Assembly: GCF_963921235.1 (NCBI RefSeq)
Contig: NC_086107.1
Coordinates: 102,178,001-102,242,000 of the forward strand
Reading direction: 5' to 3'
DNA length: 64,000 nt
Source of the DNA: Mobula hypostoma
Lineage: Eukaryota
In this document: positions 24,267 through 38,789 of the stretch, piece after piece
How the letters are laid out: every line of letters starts with the position of its first letter
How positions within the stretch are numbered: the stretch's first letter is position 1
The notes under the pieces: generated by a model
What the model saw: the letters and a program-made list of their open reading frames with translations, nothing else
Database searches by the model: none
Told to the model about the DNA's origin: nothing
Position numbers and translations under genes: made by a program

Positions 24267-26528
24267 CTACAAGATGTCTAGTGTATTGTGATTAATGTTT
24301 GTGCCTGTTAAGTCCGGGTTGTCAGAACCCAAGCCAAGGTCACTGGCGGCACCATGTAATCCTGCCATTCCAGGGTTAGCAAGTTGAGAAAGCATTGCAC
24401 TCTGGTCCGGAGCAGTAAAATGTCCTTGATCCATTGGATTTGCCTGGGCAGCTACCATTCCCGGATGTGGGGAGTTAGTCTGTGGCGACACGTGATGTGG
24501 AGACGGTTGAGGTTGCATCCTGGGTGACGGGCTGGAATGAGGTGGTTGGGACTGCGGGCGTGGTGAAGGCACGGGCTGCGGAGACCGTACCTGGTTGCTG
24601 AGAGAGGATGGGTGCTGGCCCTGGAGGTGAGGTGACTGGGCCTGACCAGGGAGCATGTGCTGCTGCGGGCTCATGGAATTGGACTGGGCTGGTGAACCCA
24701 TCTGCTGTTGCTGGAGAATTCGCTGCTGGAGGGCCTGATGGAGACTTGAAGTGCCCTCTGCACCCATTCCTGCTTGTGGAAGTTGGCTCATTTGTCCCAT
24801 GGGTTGCCCCACTTGGCCCATGGCTCCCTGCTGCATGGGCATATGATGCTGTATCCTCTGCTGCTGCTGCTGCTGCATGGGATAACCAGAGCCTTGAGGC
24901 TGTTGGAACTGATTAGCCATTCCAGCAGCCATGCCGGAGTTTGATTGCTGCTGTTGCTGCTGCTGCTGCTTCTGCAGGAGCTGTCTTCGCATCAAAAGCT
25001 CCCGGAACTGGGAGTTCATACTTATGTTCATGGACTGCCCTTGTGCATTTATCCCACCCATGCTTTGTTGCTGTTGCTGCTGCTGCTGTTGTTGCTGCTG
25101 CTGCTGTTGTTGTGGCTGCTGAGGGATGTTGGGCCGCTGAACTCCAGACTGCATGGGGCTCATGTTCTGCATGCCTGGGTTGCCATGAATGCCTTGCTGT
25201 CCCTGAAGACCTGGCTGAGCCTGCATCCCGGGCTGGGGTTGCATCCCTGGCTGCCCTTGCATACCAGCCTGACTCTGGCTTCCTTGATACCTGGCTGCCC
25301 TCTGCTTAATGAAAGCAGCCATAAGCTGGGGATTGGAGCGGAGGATAGCGAGCACTTGCTGTTGCTGCATAGGGGAGCTTGGAGACCTGAGAGTCCGCAG
25401 CAAGTCCTGCAGGGCTCCGTGGGGAATGGCACCTCGACTGGGCTGAGGCACTCCTGATGCAACCTGGCACATGGGTGGTGGTGGCTGGGGTTGCATGTTC
25501 ATTTGCAGAGCTTGCTGGGTCATCTGCATGACTGGCCTCTGCATTCCTTGTGGATGTTGCTGACTCTGGGCCATCCCAGCCTGACCCCACTGCGCCTGCT
25601 GCATGCCAGCTGGTCCCATTCCCTGATCTGTATGAGTGGGGCCTCTCTGTGACGGCTGTGGGTTCATGCTCATCCCAGGCATTTGATTCATGGGCGCAAT
25701 GTGAGGGTTCATTACCCCGGGCCGCTGGAAAGACTGTTGCTGTGCCATCAAACGCTGAGCATCAGCTGCTCTCTGAATCTGCAAGGCCATCTCCACGGCA
25801 GCTGCTGGTGGTGGATGTTGAACAGGCGGTGTAGCTTGGGTTGCAGAGACGGCCTGACCAGTCGGTTTGCCTTGAGGTATAGGGGCTTGTGGTTGGCTTC
25901 TTGCCATATTGTTGTAGGAAGGCATGTTAGATGGTGGCGGAGGCTGTGGCTGGGGCGGAGGCTGAGGCTGAGGCGGAGCTGGGGGTTGGGGTTGTGGTGT
26001 CTGCGGGGTGCTCGGCTGCTGCCCTGTTGGGGTGGTTGGAGCGGTGCCACTCGGTGATGGCAGGCTTTGCTGTCCGACACCACCTCGCTGCATCGTGGCC
26101 ATCCTCCGGCGCAGCATCTGGGCCTGTTGCAGACGGTGCTGCAGTTGCTGTTGACGAAGCTTGTGCTTGATGTTGAGACAAAATGGCACAGGGCACTTGG
26201 TCTCTTGGCAGTGCTTGGCATGGTAGCAACAGAGAGCGATAAGCTGCTTGCAGATTGGACAGCCTCCATTGGTCTTGCGTTTGCATCCCTTGGTGTGCTG
26301 GACCACCCTCTTCATCTTCTGGCAGGAAGGCAAAGAACAGTTGGCATTGCGACACTGGCAGGCATGGACCAGTGACTGAATGCAACGCTGAATGCTCAGG
26401 CGCCTTGAATCCCCAGTGCTCACTTCTGAACCTTGCGAGTTGCTCTCATCATCCAGGCCAAGGCCAAGTTTGTCCATCTTGTGTTCATGTCCTTTAGTGT
26501 TAAAGCAGTTGACACAGAGGTCATAATC
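24267..26528 (-). CDS. EP300: Histone acetyltransferase p300, last exon (31 equivalent): end of ZZ, TAZ2, NCBD/IBiD, Q/P-rich tail
   Basis: ccctag|[11 protein letters not shown]...[23 protein letters not shown]...[40 protein letters not shown]-terminus [11 protein letters not shown]...NTLDIL is p300-like rather than CBP-like. Confidence 0.96.
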   Translation of the reverse strand, partial: DYDLCVNCFNTKGHEHKMDKLGLGLDDESNSQGSEVSTGDSRRLSIQRCIQSLVHACQCRNANCSLPSCQKMKRVVQHTKGCKRKTNGGCPICKQLIALCCYHAKHCQETKCPVPFCLNIKHKLRQQQLQHRLQQAQMLRRRMATMQRGGVGQQSLPSPSGTAPTTPTGQQPSTPQTPQPQPPAPPQPQPPPQPQPPPPSNMPSYNNMARSQPQAPIPQGKPTGQAVSATQATPPVQHPPPAAAVEMALQIQRAADAQRLMAQQQSFQRPGVMNPHIAPMNQMPGMSMNPQPSQRGPTHTDQGMGPAGMQQAQWGQAGMAQSQQHPQGMQRPVMQMTQQALQMNMQPQPPPPMCQVASGVPQPSRGAIPHGALQDLLRTLRSPSSPMQQQQVLAILRSNPQLMAAFIKQRAARYQGSQSQAGMQGQPGMQPQPGMQAQPGLQGQQGIHGNPGMQNMSPMQSGVQRPNIPQQPQQQQQQQQQQQQQQQQSMGGINAQGQSMNISMNSQFRELLMRRQLLQKQQQQQQQQSNSGMAAGMANQFQQPQGSGYPMQQQQQQRIQHHMPMQQGAMGQVGQPMGQMSQLPQAGMGAEGTSSLHQALQQRILQQQQMGSPAQSNSMSPQQHMLPGQAQSPHLQGQHPSSLSNQVRSPQPVPSPRPQSQPPHSSPSPRMQPQPSPHHVSPQTNSPHPGMVAAQANPMDQGHFTAPDQSAMLSQLANPGMAGLHGAASDLGLGSDNPDLTGTNINHNTLDIL

Positions 26529-27262
26529 CTAGGGCAAGAAAAAGTAAACTTAGATTACCATGTAGTGGTTAACATACAAGAGCTGATGAACTAAGTACAT
26601 GAAGTCAGTAATTCTCAAAATTATAGCCTGAAAACTTTCCTAAAATTGGGACAGGATAATGGCATGTGACTTTAGCCTATAATACTTGAATTTGGAAGGT
26701 TTAATGGTGATCAGCTAAATTTTGACATGAGAAATTATTCATTAAGGTATTCATAAAACTTCTTCTGGTTGGGAAGTAACAAAAGGAAGAACTCCTGCAG
26801 AGACACAACCTAAATATTATGAAAAAGGTGGAAGAAATATATTTAATGCCTTAAATATAAAAATTGTCCAGTCAACTGAAACTATTCTAGTGATGAAGGG
26901 GCATTAAGGGAAATTATTAAATAATGTGGACTACCAAAGGATAAATGGAACTGAGATTCCACCAGCCATTACTTGAAAGAGTGAAACAGGTCCGAAGGCT
27001 GAATGGCTAACAGGTAGTTTTGAAGTCCAGGCAGCTTAAGATGGTGAAAGAATGGTCAACAGGGAAATATTCCAGAAAAATGGTTTAACTATCTAAGCAA
27101 TGCAATGAATGGTCACAGGTTTTATCATAACCTTTTCAACCATGTTTCATTTAGAATTATTTAAATAGGAGCAGAAAGAGGTTTAGTACATGATTGCATA
27201 CTTGGTATAAATATTAAACTGGAATAAGTGAACTGGAACAATAAACTAATACTAGTACACAC

Positions 27263-27544
27263 CTCACAAACAGTGCAGTGCCACCTGGTCTCCACGTGGT
27301 GCTTGCATTCATTGCACGTATATACAAAGCGATCCTGGCCCTGGTTGTGGAGCTCTACCAACATACACATGGTCGACCACTTGGCTCGTCTCAGTGATGA
27401 AAATTCCATGTGCTTGTCCCTTGCCAGTGTAAGAAAGGCATCACGTCCATCCATCAGGTCACAAGCAATGAGTGGGTCAGGATCTAAGATGGTTGGCAGT
27501 GAGTTTGAGTTGGGACCCGCAATCAGGCGGATCACAAAAAACAC
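27263..27544 (-). CDS. EP300: p300 exon 30 equivalent (HAT end, ZZ start)
   Basis: 282 nt, AG/GT bounds; VFFVIRL...DLMDGRDAFLTLARDKHMEFSSLRR...RWHCTVCE. Confidence 0.96.
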
Positions 27545-27588
27545 CTGTTAAAAAAGATACCAGACAATTAAAATTCAGTCAAATCAAG

Positions 27589-28139
27589 TAGAACGGATTC
27601 CAGTTAATCAGGGTAGCCATTTATTTGGGGCACTCTTAAAGAACAAAAACTAATTGAGAAAATAGCCCATATTCCCTTTATTTTGATCACTACCACTGCT
27701 GAACAGGTTCTAATTAGTGGCAGTTGTACGTACTCATGTAGCCATTAGATGCTAGTGTGCTCAAAATGAATGGTGTTTAAATAGCATCAGTTGCGTGTGC
27801 TTGTGTGCAAAAAGCAGTGATTGCATCACTAATAAGCAGTAGGGCAATTCAGGACTGTTTTGCTCACTGAGGCTTCAAGCGTTCAGGCTTGGCGATGCCA
27901 GAAATGGCTGGGAGCAAAAATGAAACTATTTCACTTCTTCAAGAAGTTGGGAATAATGAGAAATTTAAATAATAGTTTATAGTATTATAGTATCATTGAT
28001 ATCGTTTTAATTTGTTCTGTATTTCTTTTTTATACCTTTTTAACTATTTCCATGAAACTTCGGCTAATTGGGGCAGCCCCTTAAAAAGGTCAAAATCTAC
28101 TGGTCTTGATTTGTCTCAATTAAACGGAATCCTCAGTAT
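27589..28139. mobile_element. Old non-autonomous DNA transposon (Tigger/pogo-like MITE)
   Basis: Imperfect terminal inverted repeats ggattccagttaat / attaaacggaatcc with TA-like flanks. Confidence 0.5.
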
Positions 28140-29932
28140 AATAAATAATTTCTATTTCTAGAAGAATTCATCATATCCAAATAATCTTAACTAAATACAA
28201 CTTATAAATGTAACCCGGTGATTATGTTACTGGATGAAGCGCCATCTTACTGTGTTACCATGGAAATTATTCTCAAACTAGTACACTGGCATGGCCTCAA
28301 ATTCATTGTAGCAACCAGTTTCAGTTCATCCACTCCGCAAATAAAATACTTCCAACACTTCTGTCCCAATTCTATCCAGAATTGTATTATTTTTTGTATT
28401 TTTGTACTAGCAGACTTAAACCATATTTGTTCAATCAACTATTTTCACTGTTTTCTCATATTTTATTTCCACCAATTTATTTACAGACTGCAACAGAAAA
28501 TGAATGTTTAAAAAAGTGCAGTGAAATATTTACGATAAATAAAATTTAAATAAAACAAGGTCATACAGATACATATTTTACAATGAATAGAATTATACAG
28601 ATCAATTTGCCTAAGTTTCGAGAGAGGCATGTTTCTGATGACTCAACTCACTGAAGCATATCCGAGAATGGACTTTTGCTTAAATCTGCAAAGTAAAAGG
28701 TTCTCTATACCAAATATACCTGCTGCAAAACATTGCCCTCCAACAATAAAAATCCAGGACAAGACCCTGGAAAACATTTCCACTGTCCTTAATTCCCCCT
28801 CTCTCCCCACAGTAAAGGCAGACATTGATGACAAAATTCTTCATACGGCAGCATAACCTTTTGTTGACTAAGGAAAAGTATTGCGATCTCAAAATCAGAA
28901 TAAAGCTCAGGGCCTTTACCTCTCACAAGCTTCAGTCATACACCACCTACAAGCAGTGGAGAGACATCACCATGTTATCTGCAAAATGCTCCTAATCCAC
29001 TAGTAGGATAAAGGGAACAATGTCCTCTCCCAGAGCAACATTGCCAGCATTCGAGCTCTTGCACCCATTTAACAGTGTTGTGATCAGTGTTGTTTGTATG
29101 ACCAAAATCAGATTTGTGAAACAGACAGCCTATACCTAGGCCTGATACAGCAGAACAAAAATGACCGACATTCTCAAAAACTTCTTGGAGGAGAAATGCA
29201 ATTCCTTCAGCGATTCCTGGGTATCTCTGACCCACAGCTTTTCAAAATGGGGGAGCGTTCAGAATGGCATAGAGAACACCATATCTATTTGTCAGGAGCA
29301 TACAGAAACCCAAAAATAAAACCCACCACTCACCTGCCCAGCAAAGGACCGCCTGCCCTAACTTTGGCAGAATCTGCAGGTCCTACATTGCCACTGCAAG
29401 TCTCATGTGCAACCAAGTCACTCTCAACCCCAAGGGACCAGCCAAGAGGAAAACTGTTTACATTGCAGCATAAAGTCCACCATCTATTTTCACTCAGGGA
29501 TTATCACTGCTCCCTCTGCCTATCCTCATTCAGCTGCAGAAAGGGATACAATAGCCACCAGGTATGGAAATACTGGAGCTAATAGGAGTACCTGCACCAC
29601 TGTCTTGGCTCAGACAGATAAATCAGATGACTTGTGTCTGCAGTTTAATCGGCACACCACTGCCAATTAAATTGTATTCCAATAAAAGTTTGTTTTCCCA
29701 CAATTTTGGAGGAAGAGTGGATATATATTTTCTAAATTTCAAGGGTAGAGAAAGAGGAGGATATTGGATAGAATTACTAACCACTTTGTACCTTCTTTGA
29801 ACAACTGTGATATCAGAATAACCAAGGGACAGCATATTCAATACTTGAAACAAGGAGACATACAAAACTAATGAAATAGAAAATATGTAATTACCTGCAA
29901 AAGACTATCGGAACAGCAGAAAGAAAACATAC

Positions 29933-30094
29933 CTCCTTGTGCTTTTCCATGGTAGCATACAGTTTCTGGGAGAGGTCATTAGACACATTGGGCATCCCTG
30001 GTTTCTTCTTGTTACCTCGGCTCAGGCTACTCTTATTCTTGCTCGTTTTCTTGTTATTCTTTTTCTTTGCATTTTTGCTGTCTCCCTTTTTTCC
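29933..30094 (-). CDS. EP300: p300 exon 29 equivalent (lysine-rich autoinhibitory loop)
   Basis: 162 nt; GKKGDSKNAKKKNNKKTSKNKSSLSRGNKKKPGMPNVSNDLSQKLYATMEKHKE. Confidence 0.96.
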
Positions 30095-31402
30095 CTGGAA
30101 AGATATAAATTTACAACTAGGGATTCATGGAGCAGCTCAGTTTGGAATGATGGCACATGAATCTCAATGTATTAAGAGTTAAAAATAAACGTGGACTGAG
30201 ATGTTAACTGTCCTGTGCTATCACCAGTGGGATCATCAGTTGATCTGCCACCTGTCTTCAGGAGTTTCGGCCCGCTTATGATCAAGACTCCCTCGAGGTG
30301 GTGGGCCAGCAGTGCTAAAGCACCACCTCCCACTGGTGAGTTTAAAAACTTGGCATCTGCCTCTATCAGAGTTTCATCCAACAGATAGTCTGCTCTTCAG
30401 GTGTCTATGCAGCTACTAATAAAGCTTTTTAAATCTTTATTTAAGCTGTTTACATTTAATGGCAGTGGACTGGGTATTCCAGTGTTCAGGGCTGCTAGAT
30501 CAGCTGTGGACTGGTCCACAATTTCTGGGTGGCAGACTAGATGGACAACAAGACAGGTTTGTATATCATAGCTTGAGATTACTCATATATAAACTATGCT
30601 ATCTTGTTATCTTTTGAAGACTCCTAGACCTTACATTAGTTTTATTTAGAAGCCTATTTTAATTTAGCAAATTCAGATTCCTACCAAATGGGAAGCCACC
30701 TACGCTTTCCTGTGTAAAATGCAGTGCATTACTGCCCTAAAGTCCTCCATCTCGTCAACTTCCAAATTGTTTTATGAACACAGTTCACTAATTTGCAAAT
30801 GAGCCCTGTGCTTATTTGGGGACACCAAATCAGCACAGGGCTGCTACTGTATTTAACTATAAATCAAACATCTGATCCCAGCAGTGTAGCTAGAGGACTT
30901 ATTGTAGCACATAAGGGAGCTCAATAAAAATTAATGACAAAGTTTTACTAAACTCCTATCTGAATACATAATTACCAATACTTCAAAGAAGGGTGGGTGG
31001 TTTATGTATCAAGTATATCAAGTGAATAAAAACTCTGGAAGTCGAGATGATTCGGAAATGCTTTTTGTGATCAGTCTAATGGTTAACAAAATAATTAACA
31101 TCAATACTAGAAAGAACTCTTGCCCTTTGTAACTTACCCCAGCTACCCCATGGAAATTCCCAAAAGCACTGCACAATGTTCAGAATGGCACAACAGATAG
31201 GAATCACTCAAATACCTGGAGATCAAGTGTAATTTCCCTTTAGTGGGCACATGGGAAGAGGAATTATTTTTCCCTTCAAGTTTAATTCCCCCTCTTTAAC
31301 TTACTTCACTCTTGCAATTTTTTTTTCATGGCTGGTGCATTTGCTGAGGCACCTACACATGGTATTTTATGTGCACTTCAGTTTATATGAGCAACAACTT
31401 AC

Positions 31403-31570
31403 ATCTGTGCTCTCACTAGAAGTGTTGTTTTCCTCTCTCTTACGCTCTTCTTCCTCTTGTTCCAATTCTTTGATACTTTCTTCCAACACATTAGGCCAAA
31501 AGTCACCTTCAAAGTATGGCAACTCTTTTGCACTCGTCAGTCTGTCTTCTGTTGCCTGCTTAAATATATC
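31403..31570 (-). CDS. EP300: p300 exon 28 equivalent (HAT)
   Basis: 168 nt; DIFKQATEDRLTSAKELPYFEGDFWPNVLEESIKELEQEEEERKREENNTSSESTD. Confidence 0.96.
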
Positions 31571-33351
31571 CTGCAAGAGAAAAATACAGTATGAGTGCAC
31601 CTATTGCATATTATATTATTTAGTAATATAACTACAAGGTGTAATACAAAAATGCGAACTAATGTACAAACTCTTATTTTACTACTAACATGTTTTCAAA
31701 TAAGATAGCTTATGCTCATTGGAGAGAACAATATATCACCTGATATATGGGTAAAGAGTAGGGAAGACACCTGCGACAAGGTATACCCATTCATGGGGAA
31801 GACTTCGGGAGTAAACCCTGAGGGAAAATTCCTGAGTTGGAGTCCTTAAGGCAGCCCTACGTTGAGTTCAATGCTGACTGGCAACTCCTGCAATGGTCTC
31901 TGCCATTCCTTTGGATTTATTGGGTACGTGGAGAGGGGGAGCTTGCTGCATGGGCAACATCCATGGTCAACCCTGACCTATGAAGGCCTACAAAAAATAT
32001 TGCCATAATTTGGTAATGGTTATAATGGGTGCACGTATAGTATGAACACATTAAAAAAAAACTGAAAACAATCTGAGCAGACTAGCCATTTTCAATTTAG
32101 CAGGCCTCTAACATTGGCATTCCACTGATATCAGTGGTCGGGCCTTGGACATTTAAAGATATTTTAGTAAGTCCGATGAAGAGGCCAAATACATCCAGAT
32201 GGCAGCCAAGGAAGTCAAGTGCAAATAATGAAATTTTCAAATGGATACAGACAAGGTTAAAGTATGAATACAGGAGACAATGGCTAAAGTGCGATTAAAT
32301 ACAAGGGTAACCATTTCAATGATTTTTCTTTGTAAATAGTGTGATGTAATGTTTTGGCTTCCATACTAAGAAATAACATTATGCAAGATTTGAAAAAGAC
32401 TTGGCAGGATAGTTACAGACAAGATAAAATCTGCAGATGCTGGAAATCCAAGCAACACACACAAAATGCTGGAGGAACTCAGCAGGCCAGGAAAAAAGTA
32501 TAGTCAACATTTCAGGCTGAGACCCTGTGGCAGGACAGTGACAGAGATTTTTCTCCTTGCTGGAAAATCTAGAATGCCAAGTTAAAGGTGAATAAATCAG
32601 TCATATAGTTGAGATTAATACATTTTTTCCATCATTTGAGTGTAAGGCTGCTGGATATTTTGATTTGAAATGTATTAATGGATTTGGGAGAAGAACTGAT
32701 CTGACATAGAAGATCAACCAGGATCTTCTATCAAACCATAGAACAGATGATCAGATTGTTCCTATTTGCATTTCCTCAGTTTCACCCACTTCTCACTTGG
32801 TCTAGTCATTTGTGAAACCCTTGGACATCTGAGCTGCTTAAATGTGAGCGGTGCTGGCAAGACTGGCATTTGTTACCCATCCTGAATTGCTCTGAAAAGA
32901 TGCCACCTTAAGCCACCACAGTCCTGATGGTGGTAGTTTATGGGGATGAATGCACTCCCACATCTTTGCTAAGTAGGAAGTTCCAGGATTTAGACCCAGT
33001 GAAGATGAAGGAATGGAAGTGGGAGTTTCCTATCCTTTGAGTCTGTCCTTTAAAGTACTCCCAAGCATTTGTTTTAAATAATTTTGTTATTTGTGGCCGA
33101 GTATTCAGTTTTATCCATGCAATTCCTTTCCTAAGAGCTTTTAACACTCTCCAAATATGATGTGCTTTCCTGAACAAGCTCTGGGTTGGAGAGCCATTTT
33201 TTTCCCCCACTTAAAATTCAAACACCAAAGAGCATTTTTCTACTTTAAAGTCCCAATACATATAGAAATAATAGTAGCTGGAAACATGCATCCATCCCAA
33301 TGAACCACTGGCTTTCGGTATCATTATGGCAAAAAATACCATGCACAATAC

Positions 33352-33517
33352 CTTATAATCATGAATAATTCGCTCCGACGCTGCCTTGTCCAACATCTTC
33401 TTGTACCACTCCTGCAGTCTTTTGGGCTTGGGGATTTTCTGATCCAGTGGATGGCAGTGAAAAATATAATCATCACCTTCACTTGGAGGACAAGCCCAAA
33501 TATGCCCTGCTGTGTAT
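33352..33517 (-). CDS. EP300: p300 exon 27 equivalent (HAT catalytic core)
   Basis: 166 nt; YTAGHIWACPPSEGDDYIFHCHPLDQKIPKPKRLQEWYKKMLDKAASERIIHDYK. Confidence 0.96.
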
Positions 33518-33891
33518 CTGGATCGGATTTAAAAAAACATGAAAAATGTAAAGCCAGTTTAGGACATCAATATAAACAAAAATTACTTACGGAAACTTCA
33601 TAATGGTTAGCTCTCCCACCCACCCTGCAAAAGGGAACGTGTATGCTATATAGTAGACGGTTAGAAATAAAGCAATTTGGACACTGGGCACTTCCACCTG
33701 GCTAGTCCCTTTATTAGATATGTAACCAGGAACCATATGTTACTCTTTTAAAATCAAGAATGTTAAATTCAAAGCAAGTGGAAATAGAGTAAGTGCAAGA
33801 CTAAGGTTTCAAGAAAAGACACCAAATGATAAATAATAATTATTTTTGGAGCATTTCAGTTTGATCTTAGCTACACCATGCAAACACTTAC

Positions 33892-34005
33892 CCTAACTTT
33901 CTTACATATTCTAAGTATCCAATAAGAATTTCATGATAGACAGCTGTTCTCAGACATCGAGGGCGGAAGAAATGTACACTATCGAGGTATGATATGTATA
34001 CACGT
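33892..34005 (-). CDS. EP300: p300 exon 26 equivalent (HAT)
   Basis: 114 nt; [37 protein letters not shown](G). Confidence 0.96.
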
Positions 34006-34635
34006 CTGCAAGGAAAAAGAAATCATTAAGTATCGTCAAAGGAAAAAAATATTCAACATTTTCAAAAGCACTAAAACTAATTTGAAAGTTACAGTCCCCC
34101 ACACTAGTGGTCTTCATCAGTTGATGTATTGTGAAATGTACTGATATTCGAAGCAAGAAAGTGAACATTAATATAATAAATCCATGACAACAGGACACTT
34201 GGATGTTATAGAAGAAATCAAGTTGTTCAAAAAACGATTTACAGACTCAGAGACTGCAATAAACTATGAAGCAGGGTTCAACTGGAATATTCTCAAATTT
34301 TCAGGAATTCTAACTATTGTGTGACTAGAAGTGAATGAAACAAACTACTGTACTTCTACAATCAAACTTATCCCCTCCTTCCCCACACCAATATGAACCA
34401 TTTTTTGTTTTGAAAGTTTTCTTTTCAGTAATTTATTTAATTTAAAACAAACAACATCTAGATTTGCACTCATCAATCCTACCTTCTAAAGGGAACATTC
34501 ATAAGTGGCAATTAGGAAAAATACCCTCACCCTACCGAGTAGCAAATGAGGTGACAAACATCATAGTAGATCATTTTCTGTTGCCTAAAAGGTAATAATT
34601 CCATGTGTATACTATTACAAAATAACCAGAATTAC

Positions 34636-34782
34636 CTTTGATTGGGTGGAGGACAGTCAGAACCATACTCTTGCACATGCATGCCGAAGAAACATACATC
34701 AACACCATCAATCTCTTCAAAGGCAAACAAAGCTTTCGTTCGATAAGGAAATGACTCTGCCATCTCCCCATTATCAACAAAC
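34636..34782 (-). CDS. EP300: p300 exon 25 equivalent (HAT)
   Basis: 147 nt; [48 protein letters not shown](R). Confidence 0.96.
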
Positions 34783-35499
34783 CTGTAAGTGAACACCAAG
34801 TAATTAACATGTTTAAGCTTTGGAACTGCATCTTCAACTTATTGATATACTGATATTGTTATGAAATTTAGCACATGGATGTCATTCAGAATCAGCTTTA
34901 CGTCCCTGTTACCGTAGGAGCTCCAGGGCACAAAGTAGATATAACTAGATGCAACATTTAGTATTAAATCTTTCAATACTCCCGACCACAGACTCAAATG
35001 CATTCCTTGTAGAAAGGACTAAATTTTCTATTTTAACTGATAATAAAAGCACTGAAAATCTTTTGAAAAATGTGAACTTTTTTGAACAATAAAATGTGAG
35101 CTTCATACAAAGGTATACATTGGGATAAATCTAACATCCACCATCATTTAAGTTCTATTAATTGTTAATTTTGTCATTTGAGATAACAAATTATTTCTGA
35201 TATTTTTTCCACAGTTAAAATTTAACTAAGTATCTCTGTAATACAACAAAAGTCCGCCTATGTGGCAAATTTTAGCTCATATATTAATCACGTAGGGAGT
35301 TTTAGTACAGATCTACACAAAACAAGTTGGTCTCTGGAAGCTTTAACCATTAAGCAATTCCCCAGTTTATCAGTCGAGACCTTATTCTTTGTTAAAGTAA
35401 ACTACTGTGCCATGCCAATGGTTTTTGAGACTGCCTGAAGGAAGCCATTAAACTGGAGGAAAAGAATTTTAACAAGGACTAAGATCTTGCTCTAAGAAC

Positions 35500-35710
35500 T
35501 AGAATTCGATTGTAAACAAGGTGGGTCAACGTAAACCTGATTGGATGAGGACTAACCAATCAGGGCTGACTGACAAACGGGGGTATAAATACTACCGGAC
35601 CAGACATGCCCAGGCATCATCCCCGATAAAGACGGCAGTGTTTATTATCGAAAATGTTGGTTAAAGTTGATGCCTGTACCCGGCTGGAAGACTGAGAAGA
35701 GTTTATTCAA
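35500..35710 (+). mobile_element. 3' end of a second PLE-type family with a degenerate hammerhead-like motif
   Basis: ggtataaatac...catcatccccgataaagacggcagtgtttattatcgaaaatgttggt...acccggctggaagactgagaagagtttattca. Confidence 0.45.
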
Positions 35711-37037
35711 CGTCAATGTTGTAGTTAAGGGGGATATGTGTGAAATATTTGATAGGATAAGCAAGGTAAAGGTATTAAATATTTAGGGATTTATTATTTT
35801 TGGACATATCACCACATCAAGATGAAATATATTCCAAGTTGTGATAAGCAGTAAAGGAGGGAATTCTGGAATTTATTCCTCCTTGACCAGTGTTGCCAGA
35901 GTTCTGGAGGACCATAATGGTTATCTTATTTTAAAAGTGAAGAGGGCATAAATAAGTAAATACAGTAGTAAGCAAACTACTGAAACCATTTTTGATAACA
36001 GCAGTGACTAAGATCTGCCTGACAAATGTTTTCAAGAGGTAACAGAGATGGTTGTTGATACCAGTGTATTTAATTCAATATTCATTAATTTCCTCCTTAC
36101 TCATTTTTTTTTGTAAAATCTACGAACTTATTTGAGATATCCCCAAAATCCAAATCTAACTGATTAATACAAACTATAAACAGCAATGACGCAGGTACTG
36201 AACCCTGTCAAATCCACTGGAAGCAATGGATTTGCATTAGTCATCAACCAGTACCTTTTATTTCCTACCATTCAACCACTTTTAAACACAATTTGCTACT
36301 CTCCTTTGATTTTCTCTTAGCTTTCTTTTTTTTTTGACTGACCGGTCAACTGGGACCTTGCTAAGATCCACGTACATCCAGCATTTTATTCCCATTCAGG
36401 CGACAACAAGGAAGTTTTAAAAAAACAGATCACCCAAATACAACCTTTGCTGAATAAAACCACTTTCTATTAAAACCTTGTAACATCACCAGTGCCTGCT
36501 TCAAAATAACCATGCTAAATTAATTCCAGCATTTCATCCTTCATCTGACTGGAATGTTTTACTAATGTGACTCATTAAGGTTAATTAGGGATGGCCAATA
36601 AACACTGGCCTTGCTGGTGCCATCCAGATCCTGAAAATGGATATTTAGAAATAAAGACAGTTCATTTAAAACACTTGCCTCCACCCAATTTCTTACCCAG
36701 TGCAGCATACCAAAAGGCACTAGTTCTCAAAAAATACAGAATTATTACCACTTTGTTAAACTGAAAGTCCATCACCATTTTTAGAATGACATCACACAGA
36801 ACAGCTTCTTCTGCTTTACTCAAAAATTTCTTCCACTTTTGATGAAGCTCAGTTACCAAGTCCCAACTGCAATGTTTCTACAAATGTATCATGCTACCTC
36901 TGTCATGTTGCTGATGTGTTTGTTATAGATATCCTACATATAAAACCAGTTGTCATTGTATATGCATTTCAAATGAAGCTCCCTCCCCCATCCATTTTAG
37001 AGATAAAAGCTTTAGTGCAGCTGAGACCCTCTCTTAC

Positions 37038-37188
37038 CTTGCCTTCATTCCTGGCTTGACTTCCACAGTTTTATCTGAACTGTGTACCACCCGAACAGTG
37101 CATTCGCCAGCCTCCGGATGATTCTGCCTGCGGAGGAAGTCGTTAATACGAGTTTCTAGGTAAGCACCCAGCTTAGTGGTTGGTAACC
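37038..37188 (-). CDS. EP300: p300 exon 24 equivalent (HAT start)
   Basis: 151 nt; LPTTKLGAYLETRINDFLRRQNHPEAGECTVRVVHSSDKTVEVKPGMKA(R). Confidence 0.96.
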
Positions 37189-38721
37189 CTAAGGAGAAAA
37201 CAAAAAGTTTTTGATGTAATGTTATGCATTCTTCCTTACTTTTAATATTACACTTCAGTAAAAAAAATTAAAGGCATCAGATGCACACTAACCTACGCTG
37301 TAGCCATACCATAGCCAATGTAAATCATTACAATTCCTTTTCAATGCTTAAAGTCCAAAGTAATTTTATTATCAGAGTACATTTATGCCATCCTACACTA
37401 CCCTGAATTTAATTTTCTTGCAGCTTTTACAGTAAATACAAAAAACAATAGAATCGAAAAGCTGCACACAAAGATGAACAATTAATGTGAAAAAAAATTG
37501 CTTGCAAGCACAAAAAAAATCCAAAATATTAATAAACAAATAGAGAACTAAGATGTAGAGTTCTTGAAAATGAGTCAAGATGTTGTGGAATCAGTTCAAT
37601 GTTGGCAGTGAGCGAAGTTATCCCCTCTGGTTAAAGAGCCTGATGGTTGAGTAATAACTGTTCCTGAACCTGGTGAACACAGTGAATGCTGTTTTATTTA
37701 TTCTTAATTGTCTCCACCCAACATGCATCACAAATAGAAACCACTTTCTAGAAAAATCATTTCCACAAGTTATTAAGAAATGTGCATCACTGTGAGCCAC
37801 TATGACATACTAATTATAATGGAAAATTTATTCTGAGGCTAAGCTGAATTGCCTATTTCTGTAGGTGGTGAATATGGGTTACTGATGTACCATGTTCAGT
37901 TGTTAAGATGTGCAGTTCGCTATCATCTCCAGACAGTGACAGGAGTAGAAGAGATGGGGTCACCAACATCTCCAATGACAGGGACAAAATGTGAAAGTTA
38001 TCTTGCTAAGCATCTTGTAATGGACACAGGCATTGCCAGCAAGCATGGCATTATTACCTCATCCCTAATTAAACACAAAGTGATGGCGACTTGTCTTCTT
38101 GAACTGCTGAAAATACTTCCACCAAGTAGTTTGGTAAACACTTCCAGGATTGACACAATAAAGTGATGAAAATCTGGCTATCTATTTCCTTATCAAGAAT
38201 GAAAGTGATTGCTCCCAACCACTGAATGTCAATATTAGGTTATTACACTCTCATTGGCTGACACAGCTGTGACACGGATGTTAGCTGTCTCTTTTTAACT
38301 AGGGACTGCATCATTTGAAGAGGATTGTGAATAGAATTAACAGTGCACATTCACCAGCACTTTTGACTTCATAATGGAAGCAGGTTATTAATAAAGTGGC
38401 TGATAACGGTCATGATGTGCAGTAATACACCTCCAACACCACGTTTTCCTTTGTGCCAGATATGACTTTATCCACTGGAGTGATTTCCCTTGTTGCTTAC
38501 AGGCCCCAGTTCTACTGGGTTCCCTGATGCCACCCTGGGCCAAAGGCTTCCTTGATGTCAAAGGGAGTGACTTTCTATCTTTGGGAAGCTCAGATATGGA
38601 TAAAGGGCACATGCTTTTGAAGGATAGTTGCTTTTTGAGACATTGTTTTGTTAGCCCATCCAACAGCTTTTAAAACTGCATTGATTTTACAAACACTTTT
38701 CACCAAAAAAAGTCTACTTAC

Positions 38722-38789
38722 TTTTTGCACAGAATTTATTTTCTTTTCTTGTTTTCCCAGTTTTCTTTAAACAGGGATCACAAACAAAA
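38722..38789 (-). CDS. EP300: p300 exon 23 equivalent (PHD end)
   Basis: 68 nt; FVCDPCLKKTGKTRKENKFCAK(R). Confidence 0.95.

Noticed and set aside
24608..26497. Many overlapping alternative-frame and antisense ORFs (poly-Cys, poly-Ala, poly-Leu)
   Set aside because: Shadows of the CAG-rich, GC-rich EP300 last exon.
28620..29420. ORFs in the EP300 intron, including the 162-aa ORF at 29094
   Set aside because: Look like heavily decayed RTE-type LINE sequence; too degenerate to call.
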